Origin: an uncultured candidate division Zixibacteria bacterium
Lineage (GTDB): Bacteria > Zixibacteria > MSB-5A5 > GN15 > FEB-12
Assembly (NCBI GenBank): GCA_963664195.1
Contig: OY760907.1
Coordinates: forward strand, 512,001 to 576,000
DNA: 64,000 nucleotides
Direction: 5' to 3'
Position numbers and translations under genes: made by a program. The notes under the pieces are model-generated. The model had not been told where the DNA came from, did no database searches, and worked only from the letters and a program-made list of their open reading frames with translations. Of the stretch, positions 19,416 to 30,066 are shown in pieces. Each line of letters begins with the position of its first letter. The first letter of the stretch is position 1.

Positions 19416-20321
19416 TTAGAAAAGCTCCACTTTGAGGTTTATGTACTTACGAGGATTGGCACGAACGTCGGTGATCAAATCGTCGAGGTTGTCGGCAGTG
19501 CGGCGCAGATCATCGTACAAACGTCGATCCTCAATAAGCAATTGCAGCGTTCCATCCTCGTTCTCCAGTGCATCGGCGAAATTGCGTGCTGACACCGCAA
19601 TAGAATCAAGCTGCACCACAAAGAGCTCCATGTTATGACTCATTCTGTCCATTCGGTTGACCGAGGAATCAATTCCGGCTTCATTTCGGGCCACCAGTTC
19701 GTTCAATCTGCGTGAGGTCCCGAGGAAGTTTTCCGCCGTAGAGTCAAACCGATCCTCGTTGCGATCAAGATAATCGGCCAGCGATGCAGATACCGATTCG
19801 AAATTCGAAACGGTCCGGTCAAACTTGGCGAGTGCCGAATCGGAGGCAACCGAACGCTTCAGCGTGAACACGAGGTCACGCAACTCCCGTATCATATCCC
19901 CCATGTGCCCCATGACCTCGGGAATACCCGAATCATAGCCGCCGTCGACAATTAGCGAGGTATCGTACGGCAGACTGTCTATACCGGGCTTGATAGCGAT
20001 AAACCGTTCTCCCATAACGCCAAGGTTTTTTATCGTAAAGGTTGCGTCACGCTTCAATGTAACATCACGATACAACTGAAGTTCCACGACAACGCCCAGC
20101 GGCGTGAGAGTCAAATCATTGACCTTGCCCTTGCGAACACCAGAAACAGTCACTTTGTCGCCCACTGCCAGCGTGCCGACATCGTCGAATCGAACCTCTA
20201 TGAGCTGCGAATTGTATTTGAGACGATACCCCTGCAGCCAGTAGAGTGATACCACTGCCAGAATAGCCGCCAGCAGAACGATAAGCCCGACCCTGAACTC
20301 TATGTTATTCCCTGTCGCCAT
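19416..20321 (-). CDS. MlaD/MCE family protein
   Basis: N-terminal TM helix, L-x-VGDKVTVSGV-x-KGKV, GVMGERFI and helical tail. Confidence 0.9.
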   Translation of the reverse strand: MATGNNIEFRVGLIVLLAAILAVVSLYWLQGYRLKYNSQLIEVRFDDVGTLAVGDKVTVSGVRKGKVNDLTLTPLGVVVELQLYRDVTLKRDATFTIKNLGVMGERFIAIKPGIDSLPYDTSLIVDGGYDSGIPEVMGHMGDMIRELRDLVFTLKRSVASDSALAKFDRTVSNFESVSASLADYLDRNEDRFDSTAENFLGTSRRLNELVARNEAGIDSSVNRMDRMSHNMELFVVQLDSIAVSARNFADALENEDGTLQLLIEDRRLYDDLRRTADNLDDLITDVRANPRKYINLKVELF

Positions 20322-20379
20322 AGTATACTGGTTGTTATCGGTAAGCTACTATCAATCCTGTAGTTATCAATACATCAGG

Positions 20380-21315
20380 TCAAAGGCTGTCGGCGATTGC
20401 AACGTAGTTTTCATACCTAAAAAGACCGATTTTCCCCTGCTCCACAGCCTCTTTCACGGCGCAGCCCGGTTCATGCGTGTGGCTACATACACTAAAACGG
20501 CAGGAGCCGAGATAAGGTTCGAATTCGGGGAAATAATACGGCAGATCATTGGGGTCGATCTCCCACAGCCCCATCACCTTAAGACCGGGCGAATCCACGA
20601 CAAAACCGCCGGAGGGGAGTTCGTACAGTTCGATATTGGTCGTCGTGTGCCTGCCTTTATCGGAATACGTCGAAATCTCGCGGGTGGCGATATCTAGACC
20701 CGGGATCAAGCGATTCAACAACGTGGACTTTCCGACCCCGGAGAACCCGGCAAATAGAGTACGGTGACCGTCAAGAAACTCCCTCAGCTTGTCGAGTCCG
20801 GTCTCCTTCGCAGCCGAAACTTCAAAAACCGGATATCCGGTCCCACGATAAGTCTCGACGATCATATCGAAATCGCGTGGCGCTTTCAGGTCGATCTTGT
20901 TCAGAATTACTACCGGCTCCAGCCCCCCGTTCTGAGCGGCCACCAGGCAGCGGTCGATCAGACCGGTCTTAAGCTCCGGTGAGCGAATGGAGGCGACAAC
21001 TGCCAGACGGTCGAGATTGGTAGCAATAACCTGTTTGATTGTCTCCTGACCGATAGTCGGACGGAAAAAAGCGGTTCGACGTTCGAGGACTTTCTCGATA
21101 GCACCTCGTTTCCCCTGACTCCGCGAGAAAAGGACGTCATCCCCCACGGCTTCCCCGGCACGGACTTCGACGGGAGTCACATCTTTGACGGCCGACTTCA
21201 CTTTGCCGCGAACTTCACACTTGAGACGGGATTGGTCCCCGGCACGGACTTCGAAGAGTCTCCCCCTCACGGCTACGACAATACCTTTTTCCTGAGTGTC
21301 GATCATGCGGGACAA
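20380..21315 (-). CDS. rsgA: Ribosome small subunit-dependent GTPase A
   Basis: Circularly permuted NKID / GxSGVGKS / GRHTTT / DSPG; CRFxxCxHxxEPGC zinc site. Confidence 0.95.
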   Translation of the reverse strand: MSRMIDTQEKGIVVAVRGRLFEVRAGDQSRLKCEVRGKVKSAVKDVTPVEVRAGEAVGDDVLFSRSQGKRGAIEKVLERRTAFFRPTIGQETIKQVIATNLDRLAVVASIRSPELKTGLIDRCLVAAQNGGLEPVVILNKIDLKAPRDFDMIVETYRGTGYPVFEVSAAKETGLDKLREFLDGHRTLFAGFSGVGKSTLLNRLIPGLDIATREISTYSDKGRHTTTNIELYELPSGGFVVDSPGLKVMGLWEIDPNDLPYYFPEFEPYLGSCRFSVCSHTHEPGCAVKEAVEQGKIGLFRYENYVAIADSL

Positions 21316-21386
21316 TGTATACCGTCAGCGGCTGGGATTCAAGGTAAGAATGTGGGGAGAAGGCATTGATGGGAAATGATCTCTTC

Positions 21387-21580
21387 GTAGCGCAGATATG
21401 TCTTCAGACCTGCCGGAAAGGGCGAATCCTCAGGATTTGACATCCAGACACACGCCACCCTCCTTACAAGTTTGGAGGGGCCACGCGGATGATCTGCAAC
21501 GAAGGTGATGTCGAAACTACAGGAGTTTCGACCTACTCGGACTGCGCTCCCCTCCAAACGAGTTTGAGGGGGCCACCCGA
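21387..21580. repeat. Composite cluster of REP-like palindromes (families B, A and GGCCACC-type)
   Basis: Four stacked hairpins between the divergent rsgA and secA genes. Confidence 0.7.
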
Positions 21581-21678
21581 GAGTTCTGCAAATTTCCCCC
21601 CTAGGTTGTAATTGTTTTTTATTCCCCGATATGGTATGTATAACGGTTGATACAGAAACGTCTAGCCACAAGAGAATC

Positions 21679-24651
21679 ATGAGCTTTATAACGAAGATAT
21701 TCGGCACCAAACACGACCGGGATGCCAAGAAAATGCAGCCCGCCGTGGACGAGATAAACGGCTATTTCGAGCAGTTTCAGCAACTTAGCGAAGAAGAGCT
21801 GATCGGCAAAACCGACGAGTTCCGCAAACGCCTCGCCGACGGTGAGACGGTCGATGACCTGATGGCCGAGGCCTTTGCAGTCGTCAAAGAAGCCTGCCGA
21901 CGGCAGGTCGGCCAATCCTGGCCGGTAGCGGGGATTGATACCGAGTGGAACATGGTCCATTTCGACTGCCAGCTCATGGGCGGCAAAGTGCTCCATGACG
22001 GCAAAATCGCGGAAATGGCCACTGGTGAGGGTAAAACGCTTGTAGCGACCCTACCTACCTACCTCAATGCCCTGACCGGCAAAGGGGTGCATATCGTCAC
22101 GGTCAACGACTACCTCGCCCTTCGCGACTCCGAGTGGATGGGCCAGATATATAAATACCTCGGCCTGACCGTAGGTGTCATCCAGAATCAGATGACCAAC
22201 GCAGAACGTCGAGTGCAGTACGAGTGCGATATCACGTTTGGCACCGCCAATGAGTTTGGCTTTGATTACCTTCGCGACAACATGGCGCAGAAAGCCGAAG
22301 ACCGCGTCCATCGCAACTACCATTACGCGATCATCGATGAGGTCGACTCCATCCTGATCGACGAGGCCCGTACGCCGCTGATTATCTCCGGCCATGTGGA
22401 ACACTCCGTGCATGATCGGTACCGTGAGATGCGCCCTACGGTTGAGACGGTCGTCCGCAAACAGGCTGCGTTGCTCGGCGAGATGCTCAGCAAAGTAGAA
22501 AAGTTCATGAAAGAAGGGCAGGCCGAAGACGAGTATGAGATGGGCAAGCTGCTCCTGCAAGTCAATCACGGAGCGCCCAAAAACAAGCGCCTGATGAAGA
22601 TCCTCAACGAGGAGGGCATGAAGCGCCTGATGACCGAGGTTGAGTCGGCCTACATGCGCGACAAAAAGCTGCACGAGATCGACGATGAGCTCTATTTCTT
22701 TGTCGATGAACGCGAGCACTCAATCGCCCTGACCGACCTTGGTACTGCGCAGCTTCCGAAATCAGAGCAGGATTTGTTTGAAATCCCGGATATGTCAACG
22801 ATGCTTTCCGAGTTGGAAGGTGACCAGTCGCTGTCAACAGAGGAACGGCAAAAAAAGACCGAAGAAATCTACAAAGTCCACGCCGAACGGTCCGAGAAAG
22901 TCCACGCTATCAACCAACTCTTGCGCGCCTATACGCTTTATGAAAAGGATGTGGAATACGTGCTTGAAGATGGCAAAGTGATGATTGTCGATGAGTTCAC
23001 CGGGCGTGTGCTGCCGGGGCGGCGTTACTCCGACGGTCTTCATCAGTCGATTGAGGCGAAGGAGGGCGTGACAATCGAAGCCGAGTCTCAAACGCTCGCG
23101 ACAATCACGCTCCAGAACTATTTCCGCATGTACGATAAGCTGGCCGGCATGACCGGTACGGCCGAGACCGAAGCGGGCGAATTTTTTGACATCTATGGTC
23201 TCGATGTCACCGTCATTCCGACCAACGTACCTGTGGTTCGCGACGACATGGAAGACCAGATATTCCGCACGCGTCGTGAAAAATACAACGCTATCGTGAA
23301 CGAAGTGGCCAATAAGAACGCTGAGGGGCGCCCGGTTCTGGTCGGTACTATTTCGGTCGAAGTTTCTGAGACTCTCGCTCGCATGCTCAAACGAAAGGGC
23401 ATCCCGCATAACGTCCTGAACGCCAAACAGCACCAGTCTGAGGCGGAGATTGTGGCCGGTGCGGGGCGTCCCGGAGCGGTGACAATCGCAACCAACATGG
23501 CCGGTCGTGGAACCGATATCAAGCTTGGCGAGGGGGTTCGTGAGTCCGGCGGCCTGCATATTGTCGGCACCGAGCGGCATGACTCACGCCGTATCGACCG
23601 GCAGCTGCGCGGTCGTGCCGGCCGTCAGGGCGACCCGGGATCCTCGATGTTTTTCCTTTCGGCTGAGGATGATCTCGTCCGCCTGTTTGCTGGCGACCGG
23701 TTCGCCAATATCATGGACAAGCTCGGGGTGCCGGAGGGTGAGGTAATCACGCATCCCATGGTCACCAAAGCTATCGAGCGGGCGCAGAAGAAGGTCGAGA
23801 CGCAGAACTTCGCCATTCGAAAACATACGCTGGAATATGACGACGTCATGAACGTCCAGCGCAAATGGATTTACGAGCGCCGTCTGTCAGCGCTGGAACG
23901 GGAGTCCATTAAGGACGAAGTGGTCGAGCTGATCGAAGAAGTCCTCGATGGGTTCATCGACGCTCATTGCCCCGAGAAGTCTTATCCGGAGGACTGGAAC
24001 ATGAAGGGCTTCACGCAGGACGTCGTAAAAACGTACCTGTTTGATATGAAGCTCAAAGAAGAAGAGATTCCCGCACTCACTCGTGAGAGCTTGAAAGAGC
24101 GTGTTCACAAGGCTGTGATGGCTTTTTACACGCAGAAGGAAACAGCTTACGGCGAGAACATCATGCGGCAGCTGGAGCGATACGCCGTGCTGTCGACCAT
24201 TGACCGTTACTGGCGGGATCATTTGGCCGAGATCGACGAACTCCGGGCGGGAATTTCGCTGCGCGCCTACCACGGTCAGATGGGCAAGCCGATTGACATT
24301 TACAAGAAAGAGGCGTTTGCGATTTTCCAGAAGGCGGTCGAAGAGATCGACAAAACAATCGTCAATCTCGTTTACAAACTGCAAGTGAATATCCCCGACG
24401 AGGATAGACCATCGCAGCGACAGGCGGCTATGACGGCCTCACACGCGGAGTCAACGAATTTGGGGTATGCCTCAGGTGCGCAGGCGCCGGCAGGAATGCA
24501 GGGTGCGCAGCAGAACCCGATGGCTGAAGCCTCGCAGTCCGGCAAGAAGGCACAGACGGTGCGTCGGACAATGCCGAAAGTCGGTCGCAACGATCCGTGC
24601 CCGTGCGGCAGCGGCAAGAAATACAAAAAGTGCCACGGGGCCAACGGGTAG
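21679..24651 (+). CDS. secA: Preprotein translocase subunit SecA
   Basis: [28 protein letters not shown] and C-terminal SEC-C motif ([19 protein letters not shown]). Confidence 0.98.
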   Translation: MSFITKIFGTKHDRDAKKMQPAVDEINGYFEQFQQLSEEELIGKTDEFRKRLADGETVDDLMAEAFAVVKEACRRQVGQSWPVAGIDTEWNMVHFDCQLMGGKVLHDGKIAEMATGEGKTLVATLPTYLNALTGKGVHIVTVNDYLALRDSEWMGQIYKYLGLTVGVIQNQMTNAERRVQYECDITFGTANEFGFDYLRDNMAQKAEDRVHRNYHYAIIDEVDSILIDEARTPLIISGHVEHSVHDRYREMRPTVETVVRKQAALLGEMLSKVEKFMKEGQAEDEYEMGKLLLQVNHGAPKNKRLMKILNEEGMKRLMTEVESAYMRDKKLHEIDDELYFFVDEREHSIALTDLGTAQLPKSEQDLFEIPDMSTMLSELEGDQSLSTEERQKKTEEIYKVHAERSEKVHAINQLLRAYTLYEKDVEYVLEDGKVMIVDEFTGRVLPGRRYSDGLHQSIEAKEGVTIEAESQTLATITLQNYFRMYDKLAGMTGTAETEAGEFFDIYGLDVTVIPTNVPVVRDDMEDQIFRTRREKYNAIVNEVANKNAEGRPVLVGTISVEVSETLARMLKRKGIPHNVLNAKQHQSEAEIVAGAGRPGAVTIATNMAGRGTDIKLGEGVRESGGLHIVGTERHDSRRIDRQLRGRAGRQGDPGSSMFFLSAEDDLVRLFAGDRFANIMDKLGVPEGEVITHPMVTKAIERAQKKVETQNFAIRKHTLEYDDVMNVQRKWIYERRLSALERESIKDEVVELIEEVLDGFIDAHCPEKSYPEDWNMKGFTQDVVKTYLFDMKLKEEEIPALTRESLKERVHKAVMAFYTQKETAYGENIMRQLERYAVLSTIDRYWRDHLAEIDELRAGISLRAYHGQMGKPIDIYKKEAFAIFQKAVEEIDKTIVNLVYKLQVNIPDEDRPSQRQAAMTASHAESTNLGYASGAQAPAGMQGAQQNPMAEASQSGKKAQTVRRTMPKVGRNDPCPCGSGKKYKKCHGANG

Positions 24652-24813
24652 ACCCTATAGTTCCGAATCGCTCGACTGTTGCGGGCGCAGCACTACGACG
24701 AAAGATTAGTTGTGAAAGGCAGGGTTCCACCCCTGCCTTTTTGTCCCCTACCACGATGTGCGCCGCCTGTCGGCCCGAAATGTGATATCCGCGCACCAAT
24801 TCTATCGATCCCG

Positions 24814-24842
24814 TTGACATTCTCCTCCCCATACCGTACTCT
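24814..24842 (+). promoter_or_regulatory. Sigma70-type promoter
   Basis: TTGACA-N17-TACTCT upstream of the GTG at 24874. Confidence 0.6.
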
Positions 24843-24873
24843 GTATCAGACGGGGCTAACAACGGGAAGTATT

Positions 24874-25524
24874 GTGCTTACACGAATCGTTACTTTCATC
24901 GTTCTCTCGCTTCTGATCTTTTCGTCTTCACTGTCAGCTCAGGGGATCCTTCTCGAAAAGGGGCAGGAAGGAATATTGGCCGGTGTCAGTTTTGTATCCG
25001 GTCAAGAAAACAACGCCGGGGGGTTCATGCTCGGATATGCCGCCCCCTACCGGGTCGACTTCAGTGTCGAAATAGCCGGCGCCGTTGAAGGCGCTGTGGG
25101 AATCGGACTTAACCTTCAGGAATACTTTTTCGAGAAGAAGCTGGAAGGGGGGCACTCGATGTGTATTGAACTCACGCAGAGCTTCGTAACAACCGGTGAT
25201 TCTCCCTTTGTCAATTGGAGCGGTTCGCAGAGTTATGCATGTCTGGCGCTTGGCGGCCTGCTGAAGTTTCGGCCAGGGAAGACAGTCGGCTTACTCGTTG
25301 GCGCATCCGGCGGAGTGGCCGCTCCCATCGGCAGAAACGGATACACCTCAGGGTTGGGCACGATAGAAGGCGGTCTCGCTTTTTATGGAGACCACGTTGT
25401 ATTCACCGTCACGCCGGGAGCCTATCTCGGCTAGGAGTCGAGTTTCGGTATATCACTGAGTCTAACTTCAATCAACGACAAGGTCAAAAAGAAAAGCAAG
25501 CGCCCGACCTTGAGGATGCAATGA
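24874..25524 (+). pseudogene. Small outer-membrane beta-barrel paralog 1, interrupted by an in-frame TAG at 25432-25434
   Basis: Signal peptide then AQGILLEKGQEG; the sequence after TAG (ESSFGISLSLTS...) matches the last strand of both paralogs. Confidence 0.65.
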
Positions 25525-25535
25525 CACAGTATTCG

Positions 25536-25564
25536 TTGACAGCAAACCCCGTTCAGGCTATTCT
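25536..25564 (+). promoter_or_regulatory. Sigma70-type promoter
   Basis: TTGACA-N17-TATTCT; GGAGGT RBS downstream. Confidence 0.6.
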
Positions 25565-25591
25565 ACTTCGGAGGGCTTACCCGGAGGTGTG

Positions 25592-26266
25592 ATGTTGGTG
25601 CGTTTGATTCTTCTGCTACTCGCAGTCATGCTGTTAGCCTCCTCTCTCACTGCGCAATCGATTCTACTCAACGGTCAGGAACGGGGCGGGTATTTTCGCG
25701 CGTCCTCCGGCGGCGAGGATGAGTTCGATTTCAACGATTTCCGATTCGGATTCGCGCTTGGCCCACGGTTTGACTTGGGAATCGGCGTAGTCGCCTCCCA
25801 ATACAAGTTCCCGATTCCGGGACCGATCGAAGGCACTTATCAACTCGCGGAGGTTGACTGGGAGACAAGCTATCTTTTTTCCCGACAGTACCTGTACCGG
25901 TCTTCGGATTCGGCGGGCACCGGTCTGGTACTCGGTCTGTACGAGTCCGCGGGGTACCAGGGGGAGGATGTTTACCATGACGACGGGTTCGCTTTTGCGG
26001 GTGTCGGCCTGTCGACCACTCTCCGCCTGAAACCGACGGCCAAACTCATGCTCCTGCTCAACGGCGAGTATGCACACCGCACTCCGCTGGGAGAACACGG
26101 AACCACAGAAAACACGCTGGAACTAACGACAGGGGTAGCGGCGAACCTGGGTGTGGCAACGATCTCGATAGGACCGACGACACGAATCGACAGTGAACAC
26201 ACGACTCGCGGCATTATGTTCGGCATCCAGTATGTCGGCAATCGAGAACACGAAGAAACGTACTGA
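25592..26266 (+). CDS. Small outer-membrane beta-barrel paralog 2
   Basis: Signal peptide, AQSILLNGQERG, amphipathic beta strands. Confidence 0.75.
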   Translation: MLVRLILLLLAVMLLASSLTAQSILLNGQERGGYFRASSGGEDEFDFNDFRFGFALGPRFDLGIGVVASQYKFPIPGPIEGTYQLAEVDWETSYLFSRQYLYRSSDSAGTGLVLGLYESAGYQGEDVYHDDGFAFAGVGLSTTLRLKPTAKLMLLLNGEYAHRTPLGEHGTTENTLELTTGVAANLGVATISIGPTTRIDSEHTTRGIMFGIQYVGNREHEETY

Positions 26267-26297
26267 CGGATACCCCTTGAGCGGAGGAGATGATCCA

Positions 26298-26993
26298 ATG
26301 AAATCGAGAACAACGTCACTCACGGTACTCTCAATCCTCTTTGGTGTCTTGCTGACAGTCGGCTCTGCCAGTGCCCAGGGCGTCCTGCTCGAGGAAGGAC
26401 AGAGTGGGTTGTTCATAAACGGAGCGTTCGCGCACGCCGAGAATGCAAACAGCGGCGGATTGCTGCTGGGGTTCTCGTCGAGGGGACGTGTCGATTTTGG
26501 TATCAGCGCCATCTCCTCCAAGGTCACGGAGACGCGGGGACGCACCTTCGATTACGAAGGGACCTACACGGTTACCAGTACTTTCTGGACTACATCATTC
26601 TTCCTCCAGGAAAACGTAGTGCGATATGTGAACCCGGGTGGAGCGAATCTGATAGTAACTCTGAATCAGTCATTGTCTCTGCTCGACGACGGAATTATCC
26701 CGTCCGGGGACTCTTATAAGTATGCGCAACTTGGCGCCTCGCTGACCTATAAGGCCGCGGCCAGATCCGGCACCCTGCTTCTTCTGTCCGGCGGATATAA
26801 TCGCATGTTCCCATTGGAGACGGGGCCCGACGGTACCGGGGCTTTTGCTTTCGATGCCGCACTGGGTTTCAAATTCAAGGGCAACATTTTGTCGGTGGGA
26901 CCGACTCTCGGCATCGGCGACGATGTAACAACGTACGGAATCGCGATAGGCATGCAGGCGATTGCCGGCTTAGAGAAGAGAGAAGCCTGGTAG
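26298..26993 (+). CDS. Small outer-membrane beta-barrel paralog 3
   Basis: GGAGGAG RBS, signal peptide, AQGVLLEEGQSG, amphipathic strands. Confidence 0.78.
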   Translation: MKSRTTSLTVLSILFGVLLTVGSASAQGVLLEEGQSGLFINGAFAHAENANSGGLLLGFSSRGRVDFGISAISSKVTETRGRTFDYEGTYTVTSTFWTTSFFLQENVVRYVNPGGANLIVTLNQSLSLLDDGIIPSGDSYKYAQLGASLTYKAAARSGTLLLLSGGYNRMFPLETGPDGTGAFAFDAALGFKFKGNILSVGPTLGIGDDVTTYGIAIGMQAIAGLEKREAW

Positions 26994-27000
26994 ACTGGCG

Positions 27001-28122
27001 TTACCTCAGTTCGAGTGCCACCAGTTCGTAATCGGCGTAGATATCAACGATATCGATTACCTGTCCGAGAACGATGATCTCAACATCGAGCATCACCACA
27101 GACCGCTGCACCAGCCCCTCTTCTGAGATGTAATCCGTACGCTGGATGTCATTGTCAAACGTACCATCGTTGCCCGTATCATAGTGCCACTCTACCACAA
27201 AACAGCCAAACAGCCCGGCCGGAGCGCTGATAGTCTCGTAGGCGACGACTTCCTTTTCAATGCGGTACGGCAGCGAATCCCGATAGATCCAGGCTGAGTC
27301 TACCTCAATCGGGTACTGCAACCCGAGCAACGGCGGTTCCTCGACGACTACATCAGCGGGGCGTGCGATGGTTGCCTTATCAGACAGATGAACACCGCTG
27401 AGCAGGTCCTCGACGGTCTCGTAAGTGGCACCGTTGAAACGATACTGCTGCGAACTGTTTTCCGAGGCCGGCATGACGCTGCCAACGCTGTCATAGCCAA
27501 GAACGTACATACCCGTGTCGGCTTGATAGTAGTAGGTCCTGCAGGAGTCAAAAATGGCGCGATCCAAATCGGCGTACCGTTCGTGGAACACGTAGGCCGG
27601 TTGATCGGCCCAGGAGTAGTCAATTTCCTCAACGTCAATCATATAATATCCGATGCGCGGCTCCTGAACCGTGAGTTCACAACGGTACTCCCAGCGATTG
27701 CCAACCGCCACGGGATACGTGATGCCGGTACGGGTGACGAACCTCCACACGGCGGACTGTGCGGTCGGCTCACCGTTGACGTTTGCTCTCACAGCCCAGT
27801 AGTAGGCGGTACCGGGTTGCAGCGGTCCCGGATCAAAAGTAGTATCGGTGAGACCGGTGGCCACGATCGTCGGAGAAGTGGTCATGCCCAGATAGACATC
27901 GTACACAACAGTATCACCGTCTTCACCGGCGGTCTTCCACACGAGCGTCGGATGCAACGGCGCGTCGGTTTCAGGGATCAGATTGCCGACGGGAGCCGGA
28001 AGCGGGCTTGATTCTGTGGGATCGTTGGCCATGGCATTGTCGTCGTCGCAGGATGCTGTGAAGAGCGAAGCCGTCGCCATCACACAAATGATCATGTATC
28101 GAAACATCGTATTCCTGTTCAT
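27001..28122 (-). CDS. Lipoprotein with FN3-like domain and YPxxVGNxWxY / VPAGxF-type domain
   Basis: Lipobox TASC; YDVYLG...LQPGTAYYW; YPVAVGNRWEY; ISAPAGLFGC. Confidence 0.8.
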   Translation of the reverse strand: MNRNTMFRYMIICVMATASLFTASCDDDNAMANDPTESSPLPAPVGNLIPETDAPLHPTLVWKTAGEDGDTVVYDVYLGMTTSPTIVATGLTDTTFDPGPLQPGTAYYWAVRANVNGEPTAQSAVWRFVTRTGITYPVAVGNRWEYRCELTVQEPRIGYYMIDVEEIDYSWADQPAYVFHERYADLDRAIFDSCRTYYYQADTGMYVLGYDSVGSVMPASENSSQQYRFNGATYETVEDLLSGVHLSDKATIARPADVVVEEPPLLGLQYPIEVDSAWIYRDSLPYRIEKEVVAYETISAPAGLFGCFVVEWHYDTGNDGTFDNDIQRTDYISEEGLVQRSVVMLDVEIIVLGQVIDIVDIYADYELVALELR

Positions 28123-28508
28123 GGCAGCCTCTCCGCTTTCCGTATTCTCGATCATTCTGGACATCCTTTACCATGTGCAGTCTAGTGTCGCGGCGGTCTC
28201 GCGGTCAACTATTTTTCGGGAAGGAGGATCCAGACTGAAGGTTGGTGGTCGCATTTGAAATCGTCAGACGGGGTCGTCTGACGACACATACAACTTGACA
28301 AAGGCCCTTTCATAGGTGCGGTTTCGACAATTAGATGTCAGTCCCGAAGACGGGGCTGACCTATCATGTTCGTAAGTGGTTGCGACGCCTGCGTTGCGGC
28401 ATTGGTCATGTTGATACTCATAAGCACCCCATGACAAGACATCATGGACTTATGGCTTTTGGGACAGCCCCTCCATCCCTGCCAGAAAGGCTGTGGGGCA
28501 TAAGATGC

Positions 28509-30056
28509 TCAGTCGAGGAGTTCGAAAACTCGAGGAAGGTGGTCGATGATATCACCGGCGATCATCACACGCGGCGTTAAGGCTTCGGCAGCGAAATCGC
28601 CCGCCATACCGTGGATGAACACACCACACACAGCCGCATCGAGAGCGTCCGCCCCCTGGGCCAGTAACGACCCGATGATACCTGAAAGAACATCGCCGGA
28701 ACCGCCGGTTGCCATGCCGTGATTTCCGGTCGGGTTGAGATAGCAATTGCTATCCGGTCCAGCGATCAGCGTTGGAGAGCCTTTGAGAACAAGCACCACG
28801 TTGTGCTCGGCTGCAAAACTCCGAACGTACTGCGCGAGCAGTTGAATATCAGTCGGTTGATCCTCGCCGGTCAGCCGTTTGAATTCGCCCGGGTGTGGCG
28901 TCAATACGACCGGCGCGGCACAGGTTTTGAGAATATCAGTGTGGCCGGCCAGGGCGTTCAGACCGTCCGCATCAATGATTGTCGGAACTTCGAGCTTGGA
29001 CACCAGTCGTCGGACCAATTCCATTGTTTCACGATGTCGTCCCAAACCGGGGCCGAGCACGAGTGAGTCCGCACTCTTCAGTAGCTCTCGGATTTCGCCG
29101 AGAGAGCGAAGTGCAAGTGCGCCCTTTTTGCCGACATCCGGCAGGGAGCGTGTCATGACTTCGGTGAGTATGCTGGCCAGCACCGGCTGCGTAGCCTGCG
29201 GGCAGGCGAGAGTGGCAAGTCCGCATCCGGTACGAAGCGCACTCTCACCGGCCAGTGCCGCTGCGCCGGTCAGACCTGTCGATCCTGCGACAAGCAGCAC
29301 ACGACCAAAGTCGCCCTTGTGACCGTCGGGTTTTCGTTCCGGCAACAGCTCGCTGACGTCCAACAAGGACGGCAATTCGGTGGTGATGTCAAACGATGCC
29401 ACGATATCGTCGGGAATGCCAATTGGCACAACCTCGACATCGCCGGCAAGTTCCCGCCCGGGAGACAGCATCAGGCCGTACTTGGGCAACGCCAGAGGAT
29501 ACGTGTAGTCTGCCTGGACAACAGCCCCCTCGCAAGAACCGTCGTCGGCGTTGACGCCCGACGGCAGATCGACACCGATAACAATGGCGGCCTGCAAATT
29601 GATGTACTCGATAATCTCCGAGGTAATTCCTCGCGGCGCTCCAGAAAACCCGGTACCGAAAATAGCGTCGACGATGACATCGCTGTCGAGATCGGTCGGC
29701 AGGTCCGCTATACTCTCGATACGGTTGATACCCAGTCCCATGCCGGCCGCACGATCGAAATTCAACCTGGCATCGGGTGACAGTTTTTCGAGCGGCCCGA
29801 CGAAGTAAACCGTGACATCCATACCTGCACCATGAAGATGCCTTGCAATGACGAATCCATCGCCGCCGTTGTTGCCGTTGCCGCAGAAAACGGCTACATC
29901 ACCCGGGAAATCATCGGCAAACTGATCGCTGAGAATGCGCGCTGCGATTCCTTCGCCGGCAGTTTCCATGAGTTGTTCGGAGGGTATCCCCCGCTTGTCA
30001 ATCGCCTCGCGGTCGATCTCGCGCATCACGGCCGATGTTACCAGTTTCAAGGGCAT
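28509..30056 (-). CDS. nnr: Bifunctional NAD(P)H-hydrate epimerase/dehydratase
   Basis: [30 protein letters not shown] and [11 protein letters not shown] motifs. Confidence 0.95.
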   Translation of the reverse strand: MPLKLVTSAVMREIDREAIDKRGIPSEQLMETAGEGIAARILSDQFADDFPGDVAVFCGNGNNGGDGFVIARHLHGAGMDVTVYFVGPLEKLSPDARLNFDRAAGMGLGINRIESIADLPTDLDSDVIVDAIFGTGFSGAPRGITSEIIEYINLQAAIVIGVDLPSGVNADDGSCEGAVVQADYTYPLALPKYGLMLSPGRELAGDVEVVPIGIPDDIVASFDITTELPSLLDVSELLPERKPDGHKGDFGRVLLVAGSTGLTGAAALAGESALRTGCGLATLACPQATQPVLASILTEVMTRSLPDVGKKGALALRSLGEIRELLKSADSLVLGPGLGRHRETMELVRRLVSKLEVPTIIDADGLNALAGHTDILKTCAAPVVLTPHPGEFKRLTGEDQPTDIQLLAQYVRSFAAEHNVVLVLKGSPTLIAGPDSNCYLNPTGNHGMATGGSGDVLSGIIGSLLAQGADALDAAVCGVFIHGMAGDFAAEALTPRVMIAGDIIDHLPRVFELLD

Positions 30057-30066
30057 ATTACTCAGG

